Positions 9,133-18,787 of a stretch of DNA of 64,000 nt are shown in pieces. Position numbers and translations under genes: made by a program. Positions within the stretch are counted from its first letter, which is position 1; each line of letters begins with the position of its first letter. Below the pieces are notes generated by a model. It had not been told where the DNA came from, ran no database searches, and worked only from the letters and a program-made list of their open reading frames with translations. Source of the stretch: Nitrososphaerota archaeon (GTDB lineage: Archaea > Thermoproteota > Nitrososphaeria > PSMU01); contig PSMU01000001.1 in the NCBI GenBank assembly GCA_040290255.1, positions 192,001 through 256,000 on the forward strand, written 5' to 3'.

Positions 9133-11087
9133 GCCCTGCGCAGCCTCAGCTCCCCCAGCGGGCCCACATGAAAGGCCCAGCCTCCGGGCACCACGGTGCA
9201 GGAGCCGTACTCCTCCACGAGCGCGGGCCCCCCATACAGGGCCCCGGGCTTCAGGGCCTCCCTTCGGTAGACCGTTGAAAGGTGCCATTCGCCCCCCGCC
9301 AGGCACCTCCTCCGCCCGCTCACGGCCTCGCCCTTGGGAGACGGGGGCATGAGCCTGGGCCTGGGCCGGCGAAGGATGCCGTGGACCCTGATGGTGACCA
9401 CTTCTATGCGATGCTTTAGCGTGAAGCCGAAGGTGGCCAGGTGCTTCTGCTCAAAGCTCTCCTGCACCTGCCGCTCCGAGCAGGGCCTGGGCACGGGCAG
9501 CGTGAGCTCCCAGCCCTGCCCCTCATACCTTACGTCGGCATACCTGACAAAATAATCCACGCGGCCCAGCCTGGAGCTGAGCCGGGCCTCGAGCTCGGCA
9601 TACGCGCTCTCCAGGGCCCTGGGGAAGGAGGCCCTTGCCTCGAACCTCCAATCGGCGAGCAGCAGGCCCAGCGCGCTGAAGGCGCCAGGGTGAGGCGGTA
9701 TGATGACCTGGCGAATGCCCAGCTCCTGGGCCAGCTCGGCGGCATGCTGGGGCCCCGCGCCCCCGAAGGCGATGAGCGAAAACCTCCCCGGCTCCAGCCC
9801 CCTCTCCACCGTGACGAGCCTTATCGCCCTGGCCATCTCCACGTTGATCAGCTCTATCGCGCTCCTGGCCACCTCGAGCGGCTCGCCCAGCCCGGAGAGC
9901 GCCCTGAGCGCTGCCGCGACGTCGAGCCTGAGCTCCCCTCCCAGCAGGCATTCGCCTATCCTGCCCAGGGCCAGGTTTGCGTCGGTGATGGTGGGCTGGG
10001 CGCCGCCCCTTCCATAACATGCGGGGCCCGGCTCCGCCCCCGCGCTCAAGGGCCCGACCCTCTGCGCGCCCGCTTCATCCCTCCAGATGATGGTCCCCCC
10101 TCCCGCGGAGACCTCGGCCACGTCCACGAAGGGGAACCGGACGGGATAGCCCGAGCCCTTCACGAGCCTGCCGTGGTGTGCCTCGCCGCCCACCTCATAC
10201 TCGCCGGTGACCTGCACCTCTCCCTCCACGATGGTGCCGGCCTTGGCCGTGGTGCCGCCCATATCCAGGCTGATGGCCTGGCCCTCGTTCATCATCCTGG
10301 CCAGCTCCGCGGCCGCCACCACACCCGCCGCGGGCCCGCTCTCGATCAGCTGCACGGGCCTCGCCGCCGCCTCCTCGGGGTCCACGAGCCCCCCTGAGCT
10401 CGACATGATGTGCAGCGCGCTCGACCTTAATGCGCCGCGCAGCCGTCCGAGGTAGCCGGAGATGAGCGGCATGAGGGCGGCGTTCACCACGGCCGTGGAC
10501 GTCCTTTCGTACTCCCTGGGCTCAGGGGCCACGTCATGGGAGAGCGTGATGTGCTTTACCGCCCCGCGCAGCGCTTCTCCGGCCCTGAGCTCGTGCCGGG
10601 GGTTGGCGTAGGAGTGCAGGAAGCCGATGGCCAAGGCCTCGACGCCCCTGGCCCTGAGCTGCTCCTTAACCTGCTCCAGCTCCTCCTCGTTGAGCGGCAA
10701 CAGCACATTGCCCTGCGCGGTAACCCTCTCGCCCACCTCGAACCTGAGCTCCTTCGGGACCAGGGGCCTGGGCCGCTCAAAGAAGGGGTCGTACAGCTTG
10801 GGCCTGTTCTGCCTCCCTATCTCTATTATATCCCCGAAGCCCTTCGTGGTGAGGAGCGCGACCCTGGGCAGCTCGAGCCCAATCTGCCCCCTGAGCGCGT
10901 TCGTGGCCACCGTGGAGGCATGCAGCACCTCGCCGACGGGGCCCACCCTCTCCAGCCCCTCGAGCACCACGCCCTCCGGCTCCCGCGGGCGCGTCAGGGC
11001 CTTGAAGGAGCGCAGCTCCCCTCCTTCATCGACGTACACGAAGTCCGTGAAGGTTCCTCCCACGTCGACGGCCACGGCGAGGGGCAT
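9129..11087 (-). CDS. hyuA: Hydantoinase A / 5-oxoprolinase ATP-binding subunit
   Basis: DVGGTFTD, REYERTSTAVVNA, ESGPAAG, DMGGTT, SAGAEPGPACYGRGG and FGGAGPQHA motifs. Confidence 0.94.
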   Translation of the reverse strand: MPLAVAVDVGGTFTDFVYVDEGGELRSFKALTRPREPEGVVLEGLERVGPVGEVLHASTVATNALRGQIGLELPRVALLTTKGFGDIIEIGRQNRPKLYDPFFERPRPLVPKELRFEVGERVTAQGNVLLPLNEEELEQVKEQLRARGVEALAIGFLHSYANPRHELRAGEALRGAVKHITLSHDVAPEPREYERTSTAVVNAALMPLISGYLGRLRGALRSSALHIMSSSGGLVDPEEAAARPVQLIESGPAAGVVAAAELARMMNEGQAISLDMGGTTAKAGTIVEGEVQVTGEYEVGGEAHHGRLVKGSGYPVRFPFVDVAEVSAGGGTIIWRDEAGAQRVGPLSAGAEPGPACYGRGGAQPTITDANLALGRIGECLLGGELRLDVAAALRALSGLGEPLEVARSAIELINVEMARAIRLVTVERGLEPGRFSLIAFGGAGPQHAAELAQELGIRQVIIPPHPGAFSALGLLLADWRFEARASFPRALESAYAELEARLSSRLGRVDYFVRYADVRYEGQGWELTLPVPRPCSERQVQESFEQKHLATFGFTLKHRIEVVTIRVHGILRRPRPRLMPPSPKGEAVSGRRRCLAGGEWHLSTVYRREALKPGALYGGPALVEEYGSCTVVPGGWAFHVGPLGELRLRRA

Positions 11088-11243
11088 AGGGCTCTGACCA
11101 CGGCCCGCGCGGCGGCGCGATTTTAAGGGTGCCCCAAGCGCCCGCCCATCGCCCTGGCGGGGCTGCAGGCTCGCATATCGCGCCAGGCCAAGCGGCCCCT
11201 AAGATGGCCAAATCCATGCGGCCCTCTATGTTCTCAAGGAGAC

Positions 11244-12701
11244 CTAGGGCCCTGCTGGCTCCTCCCTGGGGCCCGCCGCGGCCAGGTTCTGCAGGATGAT
11301 GGCGAAGGAGGCCTCCATGCTCAGCAGCCCGCCGGTGGGCCCCCCTTCGGCCACCACCAGGTACTCGTTGGGCGAGTGCGCCAGCCCGCCATGGCCCAGC
11401 CCTCCTTCCACGAAGGGGAGGCCCAGAGGAGGGGCGGCGAAGAGCGAGAAGGGCGCGCTGCCCGCGAGCGTGGGCCAGACCTCCACCTCCTTCCCCAGGG
11501 CCCTATAGGCCTCGCGCACCGCCTTGGCATACTTGTGGCCGTAGGGCATGCGGGCCGGGGGATAGCCCACATCGAGGGGCCGGAGCTCCACCTCCGGAAA
11601 GCCCCTCCTGTTCAGGTGGTCCCTGATCATGGGCAGCACCCTCTCCACCTTCATATTCGGCACGAGCCTTACGTCCATCTTCACGGTGATCTTATGGGGC
11701 AGGAGGGTCTTTGAGCCCGGCCCTATATAGCCTCCCCAGATGCCATCTATGTTCAGCGTGGGGCTGAAGAGGTAGAGCTTCAGCGCCTCCTCGCCGCTGG
11801 CATCGCCTATGAACTTGCTCACCCTCAGCTGCTCCTTCATGGCGGCCTCATCGAAGACCTTGGCCAGCTCCCTCACGAGCCTCAGGTCCTCCTGCGTGGG
11901 CACGGCCACATCATCGTAGAAGCCCTCGATGAGCACCCTGTTGCCATCGGGCGAGGTCATGGTCGCGAGCGCCTGTATCATCCTCCAGGCGGGGCTGTCC
12001 ACCCAGGCCTTGTTGCTGCCATGTATGCCGAACTCCAGGGGCCCCCTTCCCCACTTCGCTCCATCGAGCTCGAGCTCAAAGTACACGATCCCCTTCACGC
12101 CAAGGTGCTGGACGGCCCTTCCCCTCCTGTTCTCGGAGGGGATGGGGAAGAAGAGCAGGTCGGCCTTGGAGAGCTCGCCCTTCATGGCCTCAATGAACTC
12201 CGGCAGGTGCCTGCTGCCCAGCTCCTCCTCGCCCTCTATCGCGAAGATGAGGTTCACGGGCAGCTCCCCGCTCACCTCCCTTATCGCCTCGCAGGCGTTG
12301 AGGAAGCCGGCCAGCGCGCCCTTCGTGTTATAGGCGCCCCTGGCTACAAGGCAGGCGCCAAAGGGCTCGAGCTCGATGACCCTGCCCTCAAAGGGGGGCA
12401 CCCTCCACGAGGGCTCATCGGCGGGCTGTGTATCATACATGCCGTAGAGCAGCACCGTCAGGGGGGCGCCCGCATCATAGGTTCCGAAGACGACGGGGTT
12501 TCCCGAGGTCTCCACCAGCCTGGCATCCTCGCAGCCCAGCTCCTTTAGGTAGCGCCTCACGAGCTCGGCGCACTCCCTTATCCCCCTATCCTCGGGGCTC
12601 ACTGAGGGCTGCCTCACGAGCTCCTGGAGCCTCCTCAGATGCCGCTCATAGCGGCCCTTCAGGTAAGCGATGAGCCTTCCCTGATCGAGGGCCTTGGGCA
12701 C
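11244..12701 (-). CDS. M20/M25/M40-family metallopeptidase/amidohydrolase
   Basis: YGMYDTQP, ARGAYNTKG, IEGEEELGS and AHSPNEY motifs. The usual His (H.D) and DDKG metal ligands appear substituted. Confidence 0.88.
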   Translation of the reverse strand: MPKALDQGRLIAYLKGRYERHLRRLQELVRQPSVSPEDRGIRECAELVRRYLKELGCEDARLVETSGNPVVFGTYDAGAPLTVLLYGMYDTQPADEPSWRVPPFEGRVIELEPFGACLVARGAYNTKGALAGFLNACEAIREVSGELPVNLIFAIEGEEELGSRHLPEFIEAMKGELSKADLLFFPIPSENRRGRAVQHLGVKGIVYFELELDGAKWGRGPLEFGIHGSNKAWVDSPAWRMIQALATMTSPDGNRVLIEGFYDDVAVPTQEDLRLVRELAKVFDEAAMKEQLRVSKFIGDASGEEALKLYLFSPTLNIDGIWGGYIGPGSKTLLPHKITVKMDVRLVPNMKVERVLPMIRDHLNRRGFPEVELRPLDVGYPPARMPYGHKYAKAVREAYRALGKEVEVWPTLAGSAPFSLFAAPPLGLPFVEGGLGHGGLAHSPNEYLVVAEGGPTGGLLSMEASFAIILQNLAAAGPREEPAGP

Positions 12702-12724
12702 AGGGGAGCCTGGGGGCGCGGTAG

Positions 12725-15700
12725 TTAAGCCCTGCCCTCTGTCCCCCGCCTTGCCTTGGCCCTCCTGAGCGCATAGGCGGCTAGGGCGGACAGGGCCGCG
12801 AGGCCCCCGGCCATGGCCGCGAGGGCGGGGATGTTGTACGAGAAGGCGGCGCCCAGGGCCTGGGGCGAGCTGACGACGAGCGAGATGGAGGAGGAGGTGG
12901 CGTTGACCGCGCCCGACCAGCCCCTAAAGGCATACAGGAAGCTCGAGGGCCTGGCGCGGAGCTCTATGGCGCTTCCCGGGGGCACGTAGAGCGTCTGCGC
13001 GCCCGTTATGGTCCCCGAGCCGGCGCCGTAGCTATAGTCCACGTATCCCGGCCCGGTGATGGAGATGGCCAGGCCCGGATAGAAGAGCGCGGTCTCGTTC
13101 AGCGGCGCGCTCACGCGCACCAGCGCGGAGCTGGAGGGGCCCGAGAAGGCGCCGGGGCCCTCGCCCCGCCATCCCTGGAACCGCCATCCCTGCTGGGCGC
13201 TCGCCGAGAGCTGAAGCGCTTGAGAGGCGTTATACCAGCCGCTTTGGGGGCTCACCTGGCCTCCCGCCTCGGGCTCGGCGCGCACGAAGACATAGTACTG
13301 ATGATAATATGCGGGCGCTATGGTGCCGGGCATCGTTATCTGGCCCTGGGGCTGTGGGGCATACCACCGCTCGCGGCCGGCGCTGCCCGGCAGCAGCTGA
13401 GGATATGAGTAGGTGGACCCCGCATCGGCCCAGGCGGGGACAGGGCCCGAGGAGCTCAGCGGGAGTTGCAGCGGCCTGCCAAGGCTGAAGAGGCTGACCG
13501 TGGGCGGCGAAGAGCCGCTGTGCCCTCCAATGATGACATAGCCGAAGGAGACGAGGTACTGATGGTGGTATGTTATGGCCAGCTCCAGCGGCCCCGCGAG
13601 CAGGCCCATATTTGCGGCATTGGCCTGCCACCTCTCATTCTGGGTCAAAGCCTGCAGCGTGGCCGGAAAGGAGTAGGGCGAGCCGGCATCGGCCCAGACC
13701 TGGGCTGGCCGTTCTGAAAGCGTGAGCGTGGAGCTCAGGCCCAGCGATATATAGCTCAAGGAGGGAGGCGGAGGCGCGCCGCCCCCGCTGACCGAATACG
13801 ATATGGTGAGCAGGTACTGGTGGTAGTAGAGCGCCTTATAAAGAAGGGGCCCCGTGATGTAGCCCGAGGCGTTGGGCGCATACCACCTTTCGCCCTGCCC
13901 CCCGGCCATGACGGCCTCAAAGCTGTAGCCGGAGCGCGCGTCGGCCCAGGCCATCACGCCGCCGGCGGAGGAGGGCATGGAGCTGGCCAGGCCAAAGCTG
14001 GAGAAGGTAACTAGGGGCGGGCCAAAGGCGGAGCCATCGCTGGAGGCGTGCGCGAAGGTCACCAGATACTGATGATAGAAGGAAAAGGCCATGGTCAGGG
14101 GCTGCAGCGCGGTGCCGTTGGCGGGCTGATGGGTGGCCCACCTCTCGAGGCCGCCGGGCGAATAGAGGCTCGGCGTCACGCTCCAGGGCGTGCCATAGTC
14201 CGCCCGGTAGGTGGTGGGGACCCGGCTCAGGGGGGCCTTGATGGTCATGCCATCGGATACATATGTGAGCAGCGGCGGGCTAGGGGGCTCAGGGCCGTTA
14301 GGCACTATGTAGCTGAGCGTGAGGCTCACCTTCGGTATGACCATGCTCGCCCTGCTGATGAAGGTGGCCCAGCCCTGCGGCGTTCCGTATTCGCCAGCAA
14401 GCCAGACCGAGGAGGGGTCCGATGGATCATCGCTGGCCCCAAAGTAATCGCCGTAGCGGCAGACGTTGGGTGGCACGAGGAAGCCGCAGACCGTCTGCTC
14501 GGGCCCGCTGCCCTGTCTTATGGCGCTCAAGGAGGCGAGGAGCGAGCTGGGGTCCTCGAAGGGGGCAAGGCCCGCGGCCCCCAGGCTGGGGTAGGAGGAG
14601 CTGGAGGAGTAGCCGAAGGCCATGTAGAGGTTCGAGCGACCATCCAAGGCCAGGGCGGGGTAAAAGAGATAGAGGCCAGGGCCCGCGTGCACAGTAAAGT
14701 CGATGGGGGCCACGAGCGCGCTCAGGTCGGCCTTCACGAGCCTGAAGCAGGACCTGGGCTGGACATCGCCAGGAGGGGTACAGGCCTCGTTAAAGGTGAG
14801 CCAGAGCGCGTTGCCCGAAAGTATGGCCGCCTGGGGCCTGAAATCTCCCGTATGCAGCAGCTTATCCGTGCCCCGCTGGGGCGCATCAGGAGGCGCTTGG
14901 GCGCTGCGTATGCCCACGTCGAGCCTGGCCAGCGAGACGGGCGCGGGCGGCACGCCCTGCACCCTGAACAGGGCCAAGGTGCCGCCGCAGTACATTACGC
15001 AGGCCATGTAGGCGAAGGTCGAGGGGCCCCTGGGGCGGGTCGGATGCAGCGAAAAGAACTCGGCATAGGGGCCCAAGGCAGCATAGCGCACGCTCGTTCC
15101 GGAGAGCAGGTCGGCCTTATTCAGCACCCACACGTAGGCGCCCAGGAAGGAGCTGAGGCTTGGCAGCGAGAAGAGGTTGGCCGAGAGCACCACCTGGCCA
15201 TCGCTGAACCCCAGCATGGGCTGGTCTGGCGCCGTGCCGGGCGGGGCGGGCAGCGCATATACCCGCCAGGCAGAGGTGGGGTCCGAGGACGAGGAGATGG
15301 CGAAGAGCACCGCGCTGGAGGTGAAGTCAAATGCGGAGGCATACCACCTCCCGGCGCCCGCATCGAAAGCGAGCTGGGGGTCGCCGATATGGTGCCATCT
15401 TGGCGCGCCGAAGAAGGAGTAGAGATCCCTGGCCATGAGGGGCGTGCCGTCCTTCAGCCAGACGCTGAGCTGCAGGTTCACCATCTCCGCTACATGCAGC
15501 GGCCCGACGGCCAGCTGCACGTCCGGCGGCGCGGTCTTAAGGAGGCTTGAGGCATAGCTTATGCCCTCGAAGGCCTGCGCGAAGTGCAGGTTTGCCTGGC
15601 TCGGGGCGGGCGCCTGCGTAGCGGCCGGCCCTGGGCCCTCGGCGCCCCTTGAAGCCAGCGCTGGCGCGGAACCTGGAGGGCCCTGGGCGAGCGCGGCGGG

Positions 15701-15757
15701 CAGGAGCAGGAGGAGCGCCAGCAGGGGCAGGAGCCCCCTCACAGGGCCAAATGGCAA
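12725..15757 (-). CDS. Large secreted/membrane-anchored surface protein with Ig-like repeats and InlB B-repeat-like domains
   Basis: Signal peptide ending ALA-Q. N-terminal domain with PPDVQLAVGP, DQP.LG and RYGDY. Four WAD.GS...ERW...YHQY repeats, then GWRFQGWRG and YAFRGWSG repeats, a C-terminal TM and a basic tail. Confidence 0.85.
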   Translation of the reverse strand: MPFGPVRGLLPLLALLLLLPAALAQGPPGSAPALASRGAEGPGPAATQAPAPSQANLHFAQAFEGISYASSLLKTAPPDVQLAVGPLHVAEMVNLQLSVWLKDGTPLMARDLYSFFGAPRWHHIGDPQLAFDAGAGRWYASAFDFTSSAVLFAISSSSDPTSAWRVYALPAPPGTAPDQPMLGFSDGQVVLSANLFSLPSLSSFLGAYVWVLNKADLLSGTSVRYAALGPYAEFFSLHPTRPRGPSTFAYMACVMYCGGTLALFRVQGVPPAPVSLARLDVGIRSAQAPPDAPQRGTDKLLHTGDFRPQAAILSGNALWLTFNEACTPPGDVQPRSCFRLVKADLSALVAPIDFTVHAGPGLYLFYPALALDGRSNLYMAFGYSSSSSYPSLGAAGLAPFEDPSSLLASLSAIRQGSGPEQTVCGFLVPPNVCRYGDYFGASDDPSDPSSVWLAGEYGTPQGWATFISRASMVIPKVSLTLSYIVPNGPEPPSPPLLTYVSDGMTIKAPLSRVPTTYRADYGTPWSVTPSLYSPGGLERWATHQPANGTALQPLTMAFSFYHQYLVTFAHASSDGSAFGPPLVTFSSFGLASSMPSSAGGVMAWADARSGYSFEAVMAGGQGERWYAPNASGYITGPLLYKALYYHQYLLTISYSVSGGGAPPPPSLSYISLGLSSTLTLSERPAQVWADAGSPYSFPATLQALTQNERWQANAANMGLLAGPLELAITYHHQYLVSFGYVIIGGHSGSSPPTVSLFSLGRPLQLPLSSSGPVPAWADAGSTYSYPQLLPGSAGRERWYAPQPQGQITMPGTIAPAYYHQYYVFVRAEPEAGGQVSPQSGWYNASQALQLSASAQQGWRFQGWRGEGPGAFSGPSSSALVRVSAPLNETALFYPGLAISITGPGYVDYSYGAGSGTITGAQTLYVPPGSAIELRARPSSFLYAFRGWSGAVNATSSSISLVVSSPQALGAAFSYNIPALAAMAGGLAALSALAAYALRRAKARRGTEGRA
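13290..14330 (-). repeat. Four tandem ~85-aa protein repeats within the surface protein
   Basis: The motif pattern PP.(V/L)..(W/Y)AD.G..(Y/W)S....ERW......Y(Y/H)HQY recurs four times in the translation. Confidence 0.8.
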
Positions 15758-16476
15758 GGGGGATTTAAAAGCCTAGTCCCTACAGCTTGCGCCTGGGCCC
15801 CCTCCTTCCTCAGGAGGCTCAAGAAGGCGCGTGCGGGCCTGACCATGTTCAGGTAGTGAAAGGAGAAGTAGGCCTCCCTTGGGCTCAGCGCGCGCAGCCT
15901 TGCCCTGAGCTCCTGGAGCGCCTCCTGCCGCACGCCGAACCCGAAGAGGCGGGCATAGAGCAGCTCATGGGCATAAGAGGGCAGCTCCCTGAGCAGGTCC
16001 ACGGCATGCACGATGCCCAGTTCGCGCAGCACCTCTATGGCCTGCGCGGCCAGCGGCCTCATGGTCCTTCCTCCGGGGTCTAGGGCGAGCGCCACCTTAC
16101 GCCCTACCGTCGATGCCAGCTCCCTGAGCCCCGAAAGCGCCGGCCCATCGAGCGGAAGGGAGGAAGGCGTCTGAAGCAGCAGCGCGCGGGCCCTGAGCTC
16201 CCCGCAGACCTCCAGCATGCGCTCCAGGCATGCCAGGGCCCGCGCGCTCGGCCTGAGCCGCTCCTCATGTGTTATGATCCTATTGCACTTGACCGTGAAG
16301 GCGAAGGAGGGCGGCACGCTCCTCCTCCAGGCCTTAACCCTCTCCAGCGGGGGCAGCGCGTAGAAGGTGGAGTTGACCTCGGCGAAGTTGAAAAGCCTGG
16401 AGTAGCGGGCCAGCATATGGTAGGGCGGTTCGTTGGAGGCCCACCCGCCCGTGCCCACGTACACCTTGGTCTCCAT
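15739..16476 (-). CDS. DUF72-family protein
   Basis: VYVGTGGW, AEVNSTFY, FTVKCNRIITH, LLQTPSS and YARLFG motifs. Confidence 0.88.
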   Translation of the reverse strand: METKVYVGTGGWASNEPPYHMLARYSRLFNFAEVNSTFYALPPLERVKAWRRSVPPSFAFTVKCNRIITHEERLRPSARALACLERMLEVCGELRARALLLQTPSSLPLDGPALSGLRELASTVGRKVALALDPGGRTMRPLAAQAIEVLRELGIVHAVDLLRELPSYAHELLYARLFGFGVRQEALQELRARLRALSPREAYFSFHYLNMVRPARAFLSLLRKEGAQAQAVGTRLLNPPCHLAL

Positions 16477-16561
16477 CCGTGGCCCCGTGGAAGGCCGTAG
16501 CGACATGAGGTTATAGCCTTGCCGGCTCCTTGGCCATAGCCCTGGGCTTCCCTGTCGCAGG

Positions 16562-17188
16562 CTAATCCTTAGGGCTCGCCGCTATGTAGCTCACCGATTC
16601 GCCGATATACTTCGCGTGGTCCGCTATCCTCTCCAGGTAGCGAAGCATCAGCGAGCCGGAGAGGATGCACCTCACATCTGCATCCCTTGAGGCCAGGGCC
16701 CTCTTCAGGTGCTCCAGGTAGATCTTGTCTATCTCATCGTCCATGGCCTCCAGCCTCTTGGCCATCGTGGCGTCCCTCTCGGCAAAGGCCTGCGCGCTCA
16801 GCCTTATCATCTCCTTCACGCGCTCGGCCGCGGCCCGCGCATCGGCCTTGTCGCAGGAGGAGATGTCGCCGCAGAGGTCCAGGGCCACCATGATATCGTA
16901 GGCATACCTGCTCATGCGCCAGAAGCCGTAGGCGATCTCCATGCAGGACTTTATGAACCTCAGGTCCGAGGCGACGGGCTGAAACCTGGCGATGAGCTCG
17001 ACGGCCACTTCGCTCGCCTCCTCCTGAAGGTGCCTGAGCCTCTGGGCCACGCTCAGCGCCTCATCGGGCTTCCCCCTACCCCTCATGTAGGCCTCTATCG
17101 CCGTGTCCACGCTCCTCTCCGAGAGCTGGGCCATCTCCAGTATGAGCGCCCTGAGCCGCTCCAGGCCTATGTCCATGAGCCTCGACAA
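16562..17188 (-). CDS. phoU: Phosphate uptake regulator PhoU
   Basis: IARFQPVASDLRFI, MDDEID and RYLERIADHA motifs. Downstream of pstB; the start is probably TTG 17188 or ATG 17176. Confidence 0.92.
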   Translation of the reverse strand: MSRLMDIGLERLRALILEMAQLSERSVDTAIEAYMRGRGKPDEALSVAQRLRHLQEEASEVAVELIARFQPVASDLRFIKSCMEIAYGFWRMSRYAYDIMVALDLCGDISSCDKADARAAAERVKEMIRLSAQAFAERDATMAKRLEAMDDEIDKIYLEHLKRALASRDADVRCILSGSLMLRYLERIADHAKYIGESVSYIAASPKD

Positions 17189-17189
17189 G

Positions 17190-17969
17190 CTAGCCCACCC
17201 TCCCCGTGACGTACAGCTCCGTGAGCCTATGCCTGGGGCTGGTGAAGAGCTGCGCCGCCTCGCCCACCTCCACCACCTCACCTCCGTACAGGAAGGCTAT
17301 AAAGTCCGAGACCCTGGCGGCCTGCTGGGGCACATGCGTCACTAGGATCACGGTGTACTCCTGCTTGAGCTCGCGCATGAGCGCCTCTATCTTGCTCGTG
17401 GCCACGGGGTCTACGGCCGAGGTCGGCTCGTCCATCATTATTACTTCTGGGTTCAGCGCCAGGGCCCTGGCGATGCAGAGCCTCTGCTGCTGTCCGCCCG
17501 AGAGCCTGGAGGCCTTCTTGCCCAGCTCCTCCTTCACCTCATCCCAGAGCGCGGCCTTCCTCAGCGCCTCCTCCACGCGCCTGCGCAGCTCCTCTCCCCT
17601 CGCGATGCCGTTGACCCTCAGCGCAAAGGCCACGTTATCATAGATGCTCATGTGGGGGAAGGGGTTGGGTATCTGGAAGATGAGGCCCACCCTCCTCCTG
17701 AGCTCCAGGGGGCTCATGGAGAAGACGTCCGCCCCATCGAGGAGGATGCTGCCCTCCACCCTGGCATCGTGCTGAAGCTCGATCAGGCGGTTGATGCAGC
17801 GCAGCAGCGTGCTCTTGCCCGAGCCCGAGGGGCCCATGATCGTGAAGACGCAGCGCTTCGGCACCTCCAGGCTCACCTGCTTGAGCACCTGCTTGGGGCC
17901 CAGCCACACGCTCAGGCGCTGTATCTGCAGCGCGGGCGCTTCTCCCTGGCTCATCTCGAGCCCAGCCAC
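17190..17969 (-). CDS. pstB: Phosphate ABC transporter ATP-binding protein
   Basis: GPSGSGKSTLLRCINR, FQIPNPFP, LSGGQQQRLCIARALA and DEPTSA motifs. Confidence 0.95.
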   Translation of the reverse strand: MAGLEMSQGEAPALQIQRLSVWLGPKQVLKQVSLEVPKRCVFTIMGPSGSGKSTLLRCINRLIELQHDARVEGSILLDGADVFSMSPLELRRRVGLIFQIPNPFPHMSIYDNVAFALRVNGIARGEELRRRVEEALRKAALWDEVKEELGKKASRLSGGQQQRLCIARALALNPEVIMMDEPTSAVDPVATSKIEALMRELKQEYTVILVTHVPQQAARVSDFIAFLYGGEVVEVGEAAQLFTSPRHRLTELYVTGRVG

Positions 17970-18787
17970 CTGGCGGCCCTGGTGCCCATGAATATAAGCA
18001 GAACGAGCAGCGCCAAAACGAGGGAGCCGCCCCAGGCGACCTGGTGCCAGTTATCGTAGGGGCTCAGCGCGAAGAAGAAGATGAGCACGGGCAATCCCGA
18101 CGTGGGCGAGAGCGGCGAGGTGAGGTAGAGGTTGAAGGAGGTGGCCGTGGTGAAGAGCAGGGGCGCCGTCTCCCCCATGGCCTTGGCAAGGCCTATCAGG
18201 AAGGCCGTGAGCACGCCGCCCGCCGCGGCGCCCAGGAGCACCCTGACGGTGTGCCTCAGCCGAAGGCCCAGCGCCTCCGCCGCCTCGAGCAGCGACTGCC
18301 TGGGGGCCCTGAGCGCCTCGCTCACCTGCACCACCACGTAGGGCAGCATGACGAGCGAGAGCGCCACCGCCCCCGCCAGCGCGGAGAAGGTGCGCGTGGG
18401 CACCACGAGCAGGAGGTAGACCACGATGCCTATGACGATGGTGGGGAACTCGACCATGGCCTCAGCGAGCGCCCTGCTGAGGCGGGAGAGGCGTGAGTTA
18501 GGGTAAAGCGCAACATAGACCCCCGTGGCCAGGCCCAGGCCGCCCGCGAGGGCCAGCGCCAGGCCTGACATGAAGAGCGTGCCCTGAAGCGAGGGCCCCA
18601 CTCCGCCCAGGCCCTGGCCTGGAAGCGGGGGGAGCGCGGCCAGGAAGCGGGGGCCCACCTGCAGGAGCACGGGGAGCCCCTGCCGCACGACATCGCCCAG
18701 CATCCAGAGGAAGGGGAGGAGCGCGAGCAATGTGCCCGCGGCGCTGAGCAGCAGGGCCAGGGCGTCCTTAGCCCGCACCTCCCCCAC
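17951..18787 (-). CDS. pstA: Phosphate ABC transporter permease PstA
   Basis: EFPTIVIG, LEAAEALG and AKAMGETAPLLFT motifs, in operon context. Confidence 0.93.
   Translation of the reverse strand: MGEVRAKDALALLLSAAGTLLALLPFLWMLGDVVRQGLPVLLQVGPRFLAALPPLPGQGLGGVGPSLQGTLFMSGLALALAGGLGLATGVYVALYPNSRLSRLSRALAEAMVEFPTIVIGIVVYLLLVVPTRTFSALAGAVALSLVMLPYVVVQVSEALRAPRQSLLEAAEALGLRLRHTVRVLLGAAAGGVLTAFLIGLAKAMGETAPLLFTTATSFNLYLTSPLSPTSGLPVLIFFFALSPYDNWHQVAWGGSLVLALLVLLIFMGTRAARWLGSR

Noticed and set aside
14048-15550. 500-aa plus-strand ORF
   Set aside because: Antisense shadow of the surface protein gene. High GC3 suppresses stops, and there are no motifs.
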